IMG/VR virus record: IMGVR_UViG_3300010167_001484
Location: 1 to 64,000 of that record
DNA length: 64,000 nt
Reading direction: 5' to 3' (one strand)
Source of the DNA: a virus
Taxonomy: Duplodnaviria; Caudoviricetes
The position numbers and the translations under genes were made by a program. Every line of letters begins with the position of its first letter. Position 1 is the first letter of the stretch. Shown piece by piece: positions 8,059 to 23,296 of this stretch. A model generated the notes under the pieces. The model worked only from the letters and a program-made list of their open reading frames with translations, ran no database searches and was not told the origin of the DNA.

Positions 8059-8426
8059 TGAAAAAATTGATTAGAAATACATCTATATTGGGGATGGCTA
8101 ATATTGATTCTAAAGGTACAGGTTTACCTGTAGATATCTGGTCAGATCATTCAGGTATAAAGAGAAGTGTATCACATAGAAATACACCTCGTATGAAGGT
8201 AGGTAAACCTGAAGGACCTTCTGTTAGTATTACAATAACTGAAAATCCCGAAATACTTACAACTATTGCTAGAATTAAAAAATCAGATATGCGAGATATT
8301 GAAGAAGGTATCAAGTATGTTGCTAGAAATCATGATATATTTCTTAAACATTACATGGATATAGATAACTCTTTTAGAGATGTTGATATGTTTGATGCAT
8401 TAATCCAGAGAGGTGAATATAGATGA
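8058..8426 (+). CDS. Hypothetical protein, tandem paralogue A (MKKLIRN leader)
   Basis: Strong similarity to 8423-8791 (GMAN...TGLPV.IW..H, ENPEILTT.ARIKKSDMRDIEEGIKY). Confidence 0.8.
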   Translation: MKKLIRNTSILGMANIDSKGTGLPVDIWSDHSGIKRSVSHRNTPRMKVGKPEGPSVSITITENPEILTTIARIKKSDMRDIEEGIKYVARNHDIFLKHYMDIDNSFRDVDMFDALIQRGEYR

Positions 8427-8791
8427 AAAAGCTAATTAGAAATACCTATATATTTGGAATGGCTAATCTTGTACCTCCTAAGACAGGATTACCTGTGAGT
8501 ATATGGATAGAACATGCGGGTATAACTAGAAATGTATCGCATAGTAATATACCTAGAGTTAAGATTGGGTTTCAAGGAGGTGCTTCTGTATCTGTATTGA
8601 TATCTGAAAATCCTGAAATTTTAACTACAACTGCTAGAATAAAGAAATCTGATATGCGAGATATTGAAGAAGGAATCAAATATATTGCAAGAAATCATGA
8701 TTTATTCTTGAAATGTTATATGAATACTGATTATTCTTTTGGTGATGATGAGTTGAAAGATGCACTTCGTGAACGAGGAGAATATAAGTGA
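8423..8791 (+). CDS. Hypothetical protein, tandem paralogue B (MKKLIRN leader)
   Basis: Duplicate of the preceding ORF. Confidence 0.8.
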   Translation: MKKLIRNTYIFGMANLVPPKTGLPVSIWIEHAGITRNVSHSNIPRVKIGFQGGASVSVLISENPEILTTTARIKKSDMRDIEEGIKYIARNHDLFLKCYMNTDYSFGDDELKDALRERGEYK

Positions 8792-10905
8792 TTAATGATG
8801 ATAAGATAATATATTGTGAGGGTCCTAACGATAAACGTAGAGGTCTTGAATGTAGCGAATGTATGAAATGTGATTTATTTCAAGATAAATTTGAAGAGGC
8901 GGGGCATTTTGATATGACAGAACTTGAATTAAGAATTAAACAAGCATCACAATATTATTATGGTGATGCAGATATGAGTAGTCCAGATTATAGTCCTGAT
9001 GGAAATATAACTGATGAAGAATTTGATAGTCTTATTGAACAACTTCGTATTGAGAATCCTAATTCTGAAATTCTACAACAAATTGGTTGGGGTTATGATA
9101 TAAACGAAGATACTCTTTCGGGTGAAAAACGTCCTCACAAATATGTGACAGTAGGTTCATTGACGAAAGCTCGTAATTGGAAAGAACTTGGTTTTGATAA
9201 ACCTATTGTTGTTGATATAACCCCTAAATTAGATGGTCTTAGCGGTGCATCATACTATGAAAATGGAAAACTTAAGATGGCTTTGACTCGTGGAAACGGT
9301 ACATTAGGTATTGATATAACTGAAAAAATTGGTTATATGTTAGGTGATGGTAATTTTCAAGATAATTTCAGTACAGGGGTTCGAGGGGAAATAATAATGA
9401 GAAACACTTGCTGGAAAGCGTTTAAAGAGAGGAATCCTGAATATATGACCTCTCGTAATTCAACAGCAGGTATAGTAAGGAATAAAGAGATAACTCACGA
9501 TTTAAAATATCTTGATTATATACCATACACATATATTGGATCTGATGAAGATATGACTCATCTTAAAGATATGTCATGGGAAGATTATATTGATTGGATG
9601 GAATCATCTCTTAAAAATCATTTTGCAGATGTTACACCTCGTGAACGCGTATGTATTAATGAAAGTAATTATGAGGAAATCTTTAAATATTTATATGATA
9701 GGTGGTCTGAAGAATATCCAATTGATGGTCTTGTATTAACTTATGGAGTAAGATTTACTAATAAGGGTATAGAATATGATTCTATAGCATTCAAATTTCC
9801 TGGTAAAAAGGTTCAGAGTACAGTCAAATATGTAGAATGGAGATTATCTAAAACAGGATATATTGTACCTAGAGTTTGGTATGAACCTGTAGAATTAGAC
9901 GGTACGATAAACCAGAAAGCTACAGGATATAATGCCCAATGGATTAAAGATAATCTTATAGGTCCAGGTGCTGTTATTGAAATAGAACGATGTGGAGATG
10001 TAGTACCTAATATAATCAATATCATACAACCAGCTACAGTTATAGATATCATATCTGATTGTCCTGAATGTGGTCATGAATTACAATGGAGTAAAATTAG
10101 AAATGTAGACAATAATTTAGCTGAAGGTGTACATTTGATGTGTGTTAATTCTTTATGTGGTGGTGCAGCTGAAAAAGACCTTGAAATTTGGTTAGATTAT
10201 ATTGCTCCAATTGAAGGATTTGGTACAATATTGAAATTCAAGTATTTAAGAAATAATCCTAAATTTGATGGTGAACTTCCAACAATTGAAGAATTAATGG
10301 CGTCTGAAACATTAAGATATATGTATATAGGAGAACATGGCGCACAAGATAAATTATATAATATGATGATTGATAAGTTGAAGAAACAACCTGTTAAACT
10401 TGTAGATGCAATCAAGGCGTTAAATATACCTAGATTGGGAGATAAAACCGCTGAAAAATTTGCAGAATATCCTAAGTTAGTTAAAGCTTGTATTGGTCAT
10501 GCAGAGCTTACTGCTGGCACATTAGAAGGTGTTGTGTTTGAAACATGGTCATCATTAAGAGATAAACTTAAATCAGCAATTGGAGATGCTAATAGTGAAT
10601 CGGTTCTATCTAATTTTAGAAAGTTTGCTAGATTAAGATACATATATGATAGAATTATATGGGAGCAGCCTAATAAACAAGGCGATATAAAGGGCAAAGT
10701 TGCTATCACGGGTAGGCTTAGTTTGCCGCGTGCAAAATTTGAGGAGGAGCTAAAAGCTGCTGGATACATACCGAGCGACCTGAAAAAAGATACAAACTTC
10801 TTAATCACAGATACACCTGACAGCTCCTCCTCAAAAAATAAGAAGGCATCTGAGTTAGGTATAGAAAAAATAACTGAACAAGAGTTTAGATCTAGATTCA
10901 TGTAA
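8788..10905 (+). CDS. ligA: NAD-dependent DNA ligase (start may be ATG 8914)
   Basis: PKLDG, TRGNG..G.DIT, RGEI, DGLV, AFKF, GDVVP, CPECG zinc finger, HhH, C-terminal BRCT. Confidence 0.93.
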   Translation: MINDDKIIYCEGPNDKRRGLECSECMKCDLFQDKFEEAGHFDMTELELRIKQASQYYYGDADMSSPDYSPDGNITDEEFDSLIEQLRIENPNSEILQQIGWGYDINEDTLSGEKRPHKYVTVGSLTKARNWKELGFDKPIVVDITPKLDGLSGASYYENGKLKMALTRGNGTLGIDITEKIGYMLGDGNFQDNFSTGVRGEIIMRNTCWKAFKERNPEYMTSRNSTAGIVRNKEITHDLKYLDYIPYTYIGSDEDMTHLKDMSWEDYIDWMESSLKNHFADVTPRERVCINESNYEEIFKYLYDRWSEEYPIDGLVLTYGVRFTNKGIEYDSIAFKFPGKKVQSTVKYVEWRLSKTGYIVPRVWYEPVELDGTINQKATGYNAQWIKDNLIGPGAVIEIERCGDVVPNIINIIQPATVIDIISDCPECGHELQWSKIRNVDNNLAEGVHLMCVNSLCGGAAEKDLEIWLDYIAPIEGFGTILKFKYLRNNPKFDGELPTIEELMASETLRYMYIGEHGAQDKLYNMMIDKLKKQPVKLVDAIKALNIPRLGDKTAEKFAEYPKLVKACIGHAELTAGTLEGVVFETWSSLRDKLKSAIGDANSESVLSNFRKFARLRYIYDRIIWEQPNKQGDIKGKVAITGRLSLPRAKFEEELKAAGYIPSDLKKDTNFLITDTPDSSSSKNKKASELGIEKITEQEFRSRFM

Positions 10906-10918
10906 GAGGAGAGATTTT

Positions 10919-11461
10919 ATGATTGATGTTGCGAATAAATACAAAGATCAATTAAAAGAACTATTTTACTGTACATGGTATGATATGAGATATAAGTATT
11001 ATAATAATCATGTATACTGTGATGAATTTGAGTTAGAAAATTCTAATTGGAAATATCATGATTTTGTTTCTACATATGATGGTCAAATCATAGGTCATAT
11101 TTCTTACATTATCAATAGATTAACTGATTCTGCAGATAATCTAGGTGTGATTAATTTTCATATAGATAATCCATTATATTCTAGAATTTTTGCAGTAGAT
11201 GTGATTAGAGTTTTACGAGATATATTTGAAAAATATAATCTTAGTAGACTCACATTTAGATCAGTGATGGGAGATAATCCATCGTTAAGTAAATATAGAC
11301 GAATTGTCAATAAATTTGGTGGAAGAGTCGTGGGTTACTGGACATCAGAGACGCGATTGATGGATAATAAATTATACGATATGGAGTTATATGAAATTTT
11401 GAAGCAGGATTTCGTTAGATCAATTAATTGTCGTGTTAAAACACACGTGGAAGGATTCTGA
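10919..11461 (+). CDS. RimJ/RimL-like GNAT protein
   Basis: IGHISY..., F.KYNL.RL.F.....N...., G.RVVG......L.D.KLYD..LYEIL. Confidence 0.65.
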   Translation: MIDVANKYKDQLKELFYCTWYDMRYKYYNNHVYCDEFELENSNWKYHDFVSTYDGQIIGHISYIINRLTDSADNLGVINFHIDNPLYSRIFAVDVIRVLRDIFEKYNLSRLTFRSVMGDNPSLSKYRRIVNKFGGRVVGYWTSETRLMDNKLYDMELYEILKQDFVRSINCRVKTHVEGF

Positions 11462-11463
11462 TT

Positions 11464-11658
11464 ATGGGTATAGGTTGTAGTCCTGGAGATTGTTATATTC
11501 ACAGTGAGTCTAATCCTGAATGGAATGCTAATATAGAGGTGGAGTATCTTGCATTTTCAGCAGGAATACCTAAGGAATTACAATTGATTATAGATGAGAA
11601 AGTAAAAGTATTAGGACAACCTCCTGATGATCTAGAATGGGGCGGTTGTAAATATTAA
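11464..11658 (+). CDS. Hypothetical protein
   Basis: Short ORF in operon. Confidence 0.6.
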   Translation: MGIGCSPGDCYIHSESNPEWNANIEVEYLAFSAGIPKELQLIIDEKVKVLGQPPDDLEWGGCKY

Positions 11659-11669
11659 AGGAGGAATCA

Positions 11670-11918
11670 ATGATGGCAGCAAGAAATATATCATCTTCTG
11701 GAGGAGGGTTTCCTTACAAAGATCCAACAATATGCTACATAGCTGTAGACAAACAAGGAAATGTTGATAAATTAAAATCTGTTGATATGATTGCAGCATG
11801 TGTTGCTGCTAAGGAGGGTAGTATTAAAATATACGCAGTTTGGCCAGGTAAAACTCGGTCAGATCTGTTTTTGGTAGATACTCTTGAAGGTATCACAGCG
11901 GCATGGCAAGGAGATTAA
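11670..11918 (+). CDS. Hypothetical protein
   Basis: GGAGG RBS; AVWPG.TRSDLF motif. Confidence 0.7.
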   Translation: MMAARNISSSGGGFPYKDPTICYIAVDKQGNVDKLKSVDMIAACVAAKEGSIKIYAVWPGKTRSDLFLVDTLEGITAAWQGD

Positions 11919-11919
11919 T

Positions 11920-12417
11920 ATGAAACGATTTGTATACATGGCTGATATTGAGGATGAATCTGAATCTGGTGATATATTAGATATAATTATCATTCCAGAA
12001 GTTATTGAAGGTGCAAGTAGTAAGAGAGATAAGAATTTACAAGATTTACATAATAGTATTCGTAATTATATGCGAAGCAATGAATATGTTGTTAAAGAAC
12101 CTGATTATGAAAGAAGAAGTAGACGAGGTAAGACTCATTATCATCCATTTGAGATAATTGCACCTAATGGGTGTGCATATCCTGGAGATAGGTCTTTCAA
12201 AATAAGGATAACTTATGCAACCACATCTATAGGGGTTGAACATGCTGTTACATTAAAAACTGGTGAAAAATCTACTGATTTTGAAACTATCTTTATAAAT
12301 GATACTCAGAAAGAATTTAGAGATGCTGAAACTAGATCTAAAGCTTTCATTGATTTGAAAATTAAAGAAGTACATGATAAATACAAAAATGATCCAGGTA
12401 ATATGTCAGATATATGA
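11920..12417 (+). CDS. Hypothetical protein
   Basis: ATG 11920 after AAGGAG RBS. Confidence 0.7.
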   Translation: MKRFVYMADIEDESESGDILDIIIIPEVIEGASSKRDKNLQDLHNSIRNYMRSNEYVVKEPDYERRSRRGKTHYHPFEIIAPNGCAYPGDRSFKIRITYATTSIGVEHAVTLKTGEKSTDFETIFINDTQKEFRDAETRSKAFIDLKIKEVHDKYKNDPGNMSDI

Positions 12418-12426
12418 GGTTTAGAC

Positions 12427-12822
12427 ATGGAATATACAGTAGTAGCAATATTTAGAGGTACTGAGATACTTATGCAATATAAACTTAGAGGCCCTTTTCC
12501 TAATAAATGGAATTTACCTGGAGGAAAGCTTCAAGAAGATGAATCACCTATAGATTGTGCAATACGTGAAGTATCTGAAGAAACGGGTATAGATATATAT
12601 GCAAGTGATACACGAAACATCTTGTATAATAAATTTTGGAATGGTGTTGAGTTATATTTGTTTGTTACTACTGTGCCATTACATATTGGTTTCACGTCTA
12701 TGGAAGATGAACCACTTGCTTGGGTTGAAATTGATAGTGTGATTAATAATAAATTACCAACAGTTGATAATCTGAGTGTACCATTCTTCGTCAAATTGGC
12801 AATGAATTATATTAGAGGGTGA
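12427..12822 (+). CDS. Nudix (MutT-like) hydrolase
   Basis: Nudix box GGKLQEDESPIDCAIREVSEETG. Confidence 0.9.
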   Translation: MEYTVVAIFRGTEILMQYKLRGPFPNKWNLPGGKLQEDESPIDCAIREVSEETGIDIYASDTRNILYNKFWNGVELYLFVTTVPLHIGFTSMEDEPLAWVEIDSVINNKLPTVDNLSVPFFVKLAMNYIRG

Positions 12823-13676
12823 ATCTTATGAATGAAGAATTGAAAACACTTCAGGAATGGGCTGAACTTGACGGTTTAGTAATAGTAGATCCTGATGGGT
12901 TTGATAGAAATGATACATATTTGATGGAACGAAAATTTCCTAGATTTGTATATGATATTGGTATTAAGAAAAGTACTGTTAGAAGTATAGATTATGAAGG
13001 GACAAATACAAATATGAGTAAGAAACATGAAGATTTAAATTCAAAAATACTTATGATGTATTTAGCGGGTTGTGGTTACACACTTATACAGAAGACGCTA
13101 GGTATGTCATCCTGTGGTAAGATAGAAAAACTGATAGCTTCTACTACCATAGGTAGAGTAATGGGTGAGGGTAAGATAATACAAGCTGAAAAACATCGGG
13201 AATTGACGCCTGTTATGCGAATTATGATTGAAACCTTTTCCAAAGAATTAGGTACATATTCAAGTTTGTATATACAAGCAGTATTAATCAGCGGTATGTC
13301 TTACGATGAATCTAAAACTAAATATAGTGATGAAGATCTGCAGAGAATCATTGATAGTGTATCTTGTAATACTAACCTTAAATTAGCTATTGATACAAGT
13401 AATGATTCTAATATTGAAACGTTTAATGTTGAAGATGATATTGATTTATCTCGTTGTCATAATTGTAATAGATCTGTAGATCCTGATTTCATATGTTGTC
13501 CCTATTGTAGAAATGAATTAATCTCTGCAAATAAAATTGTAATTATATTAACTAGCATAATTGGAGAATTAAAGAATAGCTATGTATTGGATTCTATTGT
13601 CAATACATTATATCCAATTGTGGTAAGATTAAAGAACATTTTGAGTGAGGGTATAGATGAAGATATATCTGATTAA
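12819..13676 (+). CDS. Hypothetical protein with HTH-like region and zinc ribbon
   Basis: CHNC...CPYC. Confidence 0.6.
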   Translation: MNLMNEELKTLQEWAELDGLVIVDPDGFDRNDTYLMERKFPRFVYDIGIKKSTVRSIDYEGTNTNMSKKHEDLNSKILMMYLAGCGYTLIQKTLGMSSCGKIEKLIASTTIGRVMGEGKIIQAEKHRELTPVMRIMIETFSKELGTYSSLYIQAVLISGMSYDESKTKYSDEDLQRIIDSVSCNTNLKLAIDTSNDSNIETFNVEDDIDLSRCHNCNRSVDPDFICCPYCRNELISANKIVIILTSIIGELKNSYVLDSIVNTLYPIVVRLKNILSEGIDEDISD

Positions 13677-14115
13677 GAAAGGTAATAAATATTATATGAA
13701 TAATAAGAAGTTTTATTTAACAGATACAGTTAAAGACATATTATCTGCTGTTGAATTAGAATCAGTTCTTTGGCCTAGTCAAGATTCAGATGAATTCATT
13801 GAATTGCTAAAAGCTAAAACAGATGCTTGTGCTAAATACATGATGGAAACAATGGTTGAATGTATTGTATTGTATAAAGATAAGAATATAGATTATGGAG
13901 ATGCTTTTGGTAAAACTTATGCACAGTTTGGACCTATTTCATCTTTAGTGAGAATGTCAGATAAGATTAATAGATTGACTGCTTTACTCAGACGTAAAGA
14001 TGTTAAGATACAGGTTAAAGAGGAATCTGTGAAGGATACTCTTATAGATCTTTGTGCATATTCATTAATGACTATGTATGAGATGGAATTATTAAAGAAA
14101 GAGAAGAAACGATGA
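13657..14115 (+). CDS. DUF1599 (nucleotide-modification-associated domain) protein
   Basis: KNIDYGDAF...VRMSDKINRL...ESVKDTLIDL..YS. Confidence 0.8.
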   Translation: MKIYLIKKGNKYYMNNKKFYLTDTVKDILSAVELESVLWPSQDSDEFIELLKAKTDACAKYMMETMVECIVLYKDKNIDYGDAFGKTYAQFGPISSLVRMSDKINRLTALLRRKDVKIQVKEESVKDTLIDLCAYSLMTMYEMELLKKEKKR

Positions 14116-14516
14116 ATAATACACAGATGAGAAAATTACAGAATTTCTTAGATGCTGAAAAAGCGGGATTATTGATTAAATTACCTTGTCCTATAGGTAC
14201 AAGAGTATATCGAATAGTAAGTATGGATGAATATCTCAAAGTGATGGGATGTTGTGTTTGTATACCTATAAGTGATAATGATACAGTTTGTACATATTTT
14301 GATAAAGATGAACCTGATGGAGAAATTTGTGCAATTAGTGGTCAGAATGTTATTGTTAGAGATATTGAATATCGATTGATTTCTTGCAGATTCACATATG
14401 AGATGATTCCTGAAGTAGATAAATATGTATTCATTAATTCTAGTGATGCATGGGAAGTATTTATAACAAAAAGATTCGCAAAGGAGGTATTGAATTGGAA
14501 CGACCCTCGAAAGTAG
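14112..14516 (+). CDS. Hypothetical phage protein
   Basis: GLLIKLPC.IG..VY motif common in Firmicutes phages. Confidence 0.7.
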   Translation: MNNTQMRKLQNFLDAEKAGLLIKLPCPIGTRVYRIVSMDEYLKVMGCCVCIPISDNDTVCTYFDKDEPDGEICAISGQNVIVRDIEYRLISCRFTYEMIPEVDKYVFINSSDAWEVFITKRFAKEVLNWNDPRK

Positions 14517-16114
14517 AATATTATTTAGATATTGCACACAGTGTTGCAATGAGGGGTACATGTCTTCGTAGAAAATTTGGTTCAGTTATAGTTAATGCTG
14601 ATGAGATTATATCTACAGGTTATGTAGGTGCACCTAGAGGTCGAAAGAATTGTATTGATATAGGTAATTGTAAGAGGCAACGATTACAAATACCTGCCGG
14701 TGAACGATATGAACAGTGTTTATCTGGAGATACTTTAATATATATGTTATCTGGTGAGCATAGAACTATTAAAGAACTTTCTGAAGGTGAAGATGAAGAA
14801 ATTCATATTATATCTATAGAAGATGGTAATATTGTGCCCGCTGTAGCTCAAAAACCATTCTGTTCAGGTAGAAAGAGTATTATTCGTATTGTATTTGATG
14901 ATAATACTTATCTTGATTGTACATCAAATCATCGCATAATGCAACGAGATGGATCTTATATTGAAGCAATTAATCTTAAAGAAGGTAATAGTATAATGCC
15001 TTATTATTCTGGTGATGGGGTTATTTGTAATACTTGGAGTGAGCGATATTCTAAACCGAATAAACAAGAACGATTAAATTGGAAACAATGGTGTAAAACT
15101 ACATCTACCGATATTGCGTGGTTAGTATATCAATATTATAATGGACAAATAATATCAAATCTACCTCATAATCATCCGGATGAACTCTGTATTCATCATG
15201 AAGATGAGAATCATAATAATAATCAACCAAATAATCTAGAATTAACTACAAGGAGTATGCACAGTAGTAAACATGGTGATTTAGGTGAATATGTTAAAAA
15301 TAATCCAGAACAACATAGATTGAATTGTATCAAAGGTAGTGAAGCTTATAAGTTAAGACGAGAAACTGATGAGAAGTTTCGGGCAGAGGATTCTGCTAGA
15401 CGAGCCGCAAATACTCGTAAGCAATGGGAAAATCCACAACATAGATTAAATATGTTACCTCATCAAAAAGCCGCATGTAAGAAGTTAGCAGATATGTATA
15501 ATAGTTGTCCTAAATCTATAAATAGTAGAATGAAAGGTAAAATACTTAAAGGCATATCTCAATTATACTATATTCTAGGTACAACTGATATAGATATATC
15601 TGAATATGATTCTTTAGCAAGACAATATACAACAAAGAAATGTATAATATATAAAACAGCTACGGTACTTAAAAGATTCAATTCTTTATATGAAGCATTT
15701 GATTTGGCGAAAACATATAATCATAAGGTTAGAAATGTTGTATTTCTTAAAGATGAAGTAGATGTGTATGATATGACTGTGCCGGGATTAGAAAATTTTG
15801 CTGTGAATCTTGGCAATAATTCTGGGATATTTGTACATAATTGTAGGTCCTGCCACTCCGAGTGCAATGCTATCATATCAGCATCTAGACATGAAATGAT
15901 TGATAGTACTTTATATCTTGTAGGTATAGATGCTGAAACAAATGTAACTATATTAGGAGCTATGCCTTGTGCAATGTGTAAAAGAATGATAATAAATGCA
16001 GGAATCAAGAAAGTTATTATCAGAGATGCTACATATGATGATGGATATATAGAAATTGATGTGAGAGATTGGATATACAATGATGAGTCTTTAGAATCAC
16101 ACGAAGGTTATTGA
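14495..16114 (+). CDS. dCMP deaminase containing an intein
   Basis: RP...YYLDIA..VA.R.TCLRR.FG, TGY.GAPRG; HSE.NAII and PCAMCKR zinc motifs; TTG start after GGAGG. Confidence 0.92.
   Translation: MERPSKVEYYLDIAHSVAMRGTCLRRKFGSVIVNADEIISTGYVGAPRGRKNCIDIGNCKRQRLQIPAGERYEQCLSGDTLIYMLSGEHRTIKELSEGEDEEIHIISIEDGNIVPAVAQKPFCSGRKSIIRIVFDDNTYLDCTSNHRIMQRDGSYIEAINLKEGNSIMPYYSGDGVICNTWSERYSKPNKQERLNWKQWCKTTSTDIAWLVYQYYNGQIISNLPHNHPDELCIHHEDENHNNNQPNNLELTTRSMHSSKHGDLGEYVKNNPEQHRLNCIKGSEAYKLRRETDEKFRAEDSARRAANTRKQWENPQHRLNMLPHQKAACKKLADMYNSCPKSINSRMKGKILKGISQLYYILGTTDIDISEYDSLARQYTTKKCIIYKTATVLKRFNSLYEAFDLAKTYNHKVRNVVFLKDEVDVYDMTVPGLENFAVNLGNNSGIFVHNCRSCHSECNAIISASRHEMIDSTLYLVGIDAETNVTILGAMPCAMCKRMIINAGIKKVIIRDATYDDGYIEIDVRDWIYNDESLESHEGY
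14717..15841 (+). mobile_element. Intein (375 aa) with HNH-type endonuclease
   Basis: Starts CLSGDT, block B CTSNHRI, ends VYDMTV...NF......FVHN followed by Cys; internal IHHEDENHNNNQPNNLEL. Confidence 0.9.
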
Positions 16115-16128
16115 AGAAGGGGAATTAT

Positions 16129-17070
16129 ATGAAATTTGTAGATTATGAAGCAAGAATTATACAAGAAGATGACCCATATAAGAAAATTGAATTAGCAGGT
16201 CGTACTTGTTATAAATCTGAAGAAAAAATCACAGAGAGTTCAGCAAGAAAATTCTTCAATAAATTAGTCAAAAGTAATCATGTTGCTATGGTTGAACATG
16301 CTGCATTTGCATTCTTAGTTAATCCTGATTGTAGATCTTATTTTAATAAATTACAGATGGAGAAGTATCTCAATACAACTGAAGTAGGTACTCGTATGAT
16401 TGTGTCGGGGAATATTCGGGCTATAAATGAAGCTGTAATTACTACTCCTGAATGTATGAAGTTATTAGGTGCTATAATAGATTATGATGAACAGTATAAA
16501 TCTCTTTGTTATACATATATAGAGGATGGAGCAGATTATAATTCTACTGTAAGAGTTGTATCTAAAGATATAATAAAAAATCTCACAGATATTGAGATTC
16601 TTACACATACATATACAACATTCCTATTTACAGAAGATCGTGGAGTTACTCATGAACATGTTCGTCATAGGCCTCCATCTTTCGGACAAGAAAGTACAAG
16701 ATATTGTAATTACAGTAAAGATGGTTTTGGTAATGAGATTACTTATACAATACCAAGTACATGGGATTCTTGGCATCCTAAATTTCGAAAGATGTTTAAA
16801 GAGGTATTACTTCATATAGAAGAAGTATATCTCAAGATGGTAGATGAGAATGATCCGAATAGACTTCAACCACAACAAGCAAGAGCTATTTTACCTCAAG
16901 CAACTAAAGCTGATATAGTGATAACAGCTAATGGTATTGAATGGAAACATATTTTTAATTTGAGATATCACGGTTTAACTGGTACCCCTCACCCAGATAT
17001 GAAGTATGTTATGTCTGATGCATATCAACAATATTGCAAACATGTATTTGATTTAGAAACTTTGTTATAA
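16129..17070 (+). CDS. thyX: FAD-dependent thymidylate synthase ThyX
   Basis: AGRTCYKS, H.AMVEH, DRGVTHEHVRHR..SFGQESTRYC, ARAILP, HPDM. Confidence 0.92.
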   Translation: MKFVDYEARIIQEDDPYKKIELAGRTCYKSEEKITESSARKFFNKLVKSNHVAMVEHAAFAFLVNPDCRSYFNKLQMEKYLNTTEVGTRMIVSGNIRAINEAVITTPECMKLLGAIIDYDEQYKSLCYTYIEDGADYNSTVRVVSKDIIKNLTDIEILTHTYTTFLFTEDRGVTHEHVRHRPPSFGQESTRYCNYSKDGFGNEITYTIPSTWDSWHPKFRKMFKEVLLHIEEVYLKMVDENDPNRLQPQQARAILPQATKADIVITANGIEWKHIFNLRYHGLTGTPHPDMKYVMSDAYQQYCKHVFDLETLL

Positions 17071-17142
17071 TATTTATAGTTTTCATTTAGATAAAGATAT
17101 TTCCTAACCTTGTATATTAATGTACTTGGTTAGGAGATTTTT

Positions 17143-17387
17143 ATGTATAATAAATATGTGTATCTTGTAATCCCTAACACTGATAAACATTTAATAGTTG
17201 GAGATAAAGTTAAACTTGGTAGATTCTCCAGCGAAAAGTGGATTGTATGTTTTGGATGGTACAGTTGGGGAGGAAATAGACCTGTTTGTGGTTGGTATTT
17301 AACTGATGAGCAAGATATCAAAGTTGTAAAACCCTTACAATTAAATGATTTAATAGATATTTATGTAATTGAAGGAGGAAATTCACA

Positions 17388-17391
<4 letters not shown>
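17143..17391 (+). CDS. Small protein paralogous to the N-terminal domain of the collagen-like protein
   Basis: IP.....L..G..V.L.RF...KWI....WY...G....GW shared with 17388. Confidence 0.7.
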
Positions 17392-22436
<5,045 letters not shown>

Positions 22437-22458
22437 TTAGAATAAGAGGTAGTTTATT

Positions 22459-23262
22459 ATGGAACGTGAAGATGTTTTACAATTGGTAGCAGATATTCTA
22501 GGTGGAGAACTTTACGATGAGGATATACCATGGAAACGAACTGGTGCTGCAGGTGGTCGTAATTTTCCTCTTGAAGGTCTCCCTGATCAATCAGGAAATA
22601 CGTTTGTAACTAGAATTCTTAATGCTTTTAATACTAGTATTGAAGCTGTAGAAGTTACATCAGATGAATTAGGGGATGCATTGATATCTACTGTAGGTAA
22701 ACATCATACAGATGATAAAGTTGCATTCGAAAGTATAGGTTCTAACCTGATACAGGCGGTCTCTAAACTGATTAAAGTATCTGAGGATTTCACAGGTATA
22801 CCTGAATGGAATTCTGAAACGTATACATTAACGTTTCAATCAGAGTCAGGTAATGTGAGGATAGATCTACCTCTTGCAGAATTGTTGACAGATGTTAGTA
22901 TCGATATAGAATCTCAAGAATTAGTTCTCCAATGGTTTAAGAAAGAAGAACGTGTTGATATTAGCTATCTATTCACATTATATACAGGAGGAGAAACAAG
23001 TACAACTAAAGTCAGTATAGATGATAATATTATAAAAGTTACTGCTAAGTTGTCAAGTGAAGTAGATAATGCAATTGAAGTAAAAGCAGACGGTTTATAT
23101 GTACCTAAGATAACGAAGCCATTTGTATTAGATGATTTATCTGAAGGTATACAAGAGAGTTTAGGTCTAGCAGATAAGATTGTGATCAATGGTGTAGGCG
23201 ACAAATTCCTAGCTAACGACGGTGATTATAGAGGTATAGAATTATTCGTCGATCATATATAA
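22459..23262 (+). CDS. Putative virion/fibre-associated protein
   Basis: Structural block; N.I.VK.DGLYV and KFL.NDG.Y fibre-type motifs. Confidence 0.65.
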   Translation: MEREDVLQLVADILGGELYDEDIPWKRTGAAGGRNFPLEGLPDQSGNTFVTRILNAFNTSIEAVEVTSDELGDALISTVGKHHTDDKVAFESIGSNLIQAVSKLIKVSEDFTGIPEWNSETYTLTFQSESGNVRIDLPLAELLTDVSIDIESQELVLQWFKKEERVDISYLFTLYTGGETSTTKVSIDDNIIKVTAKLSSEVDNAIEVKADGLYVPKITKPFVLDDLSEGIQESLGLADKIVINGVGDKFLANDGDYRGIELFVDHI

Positions 23263-23296
23263 TACTAAAAATATTTTAAGGAGGATATAGGAGAAA

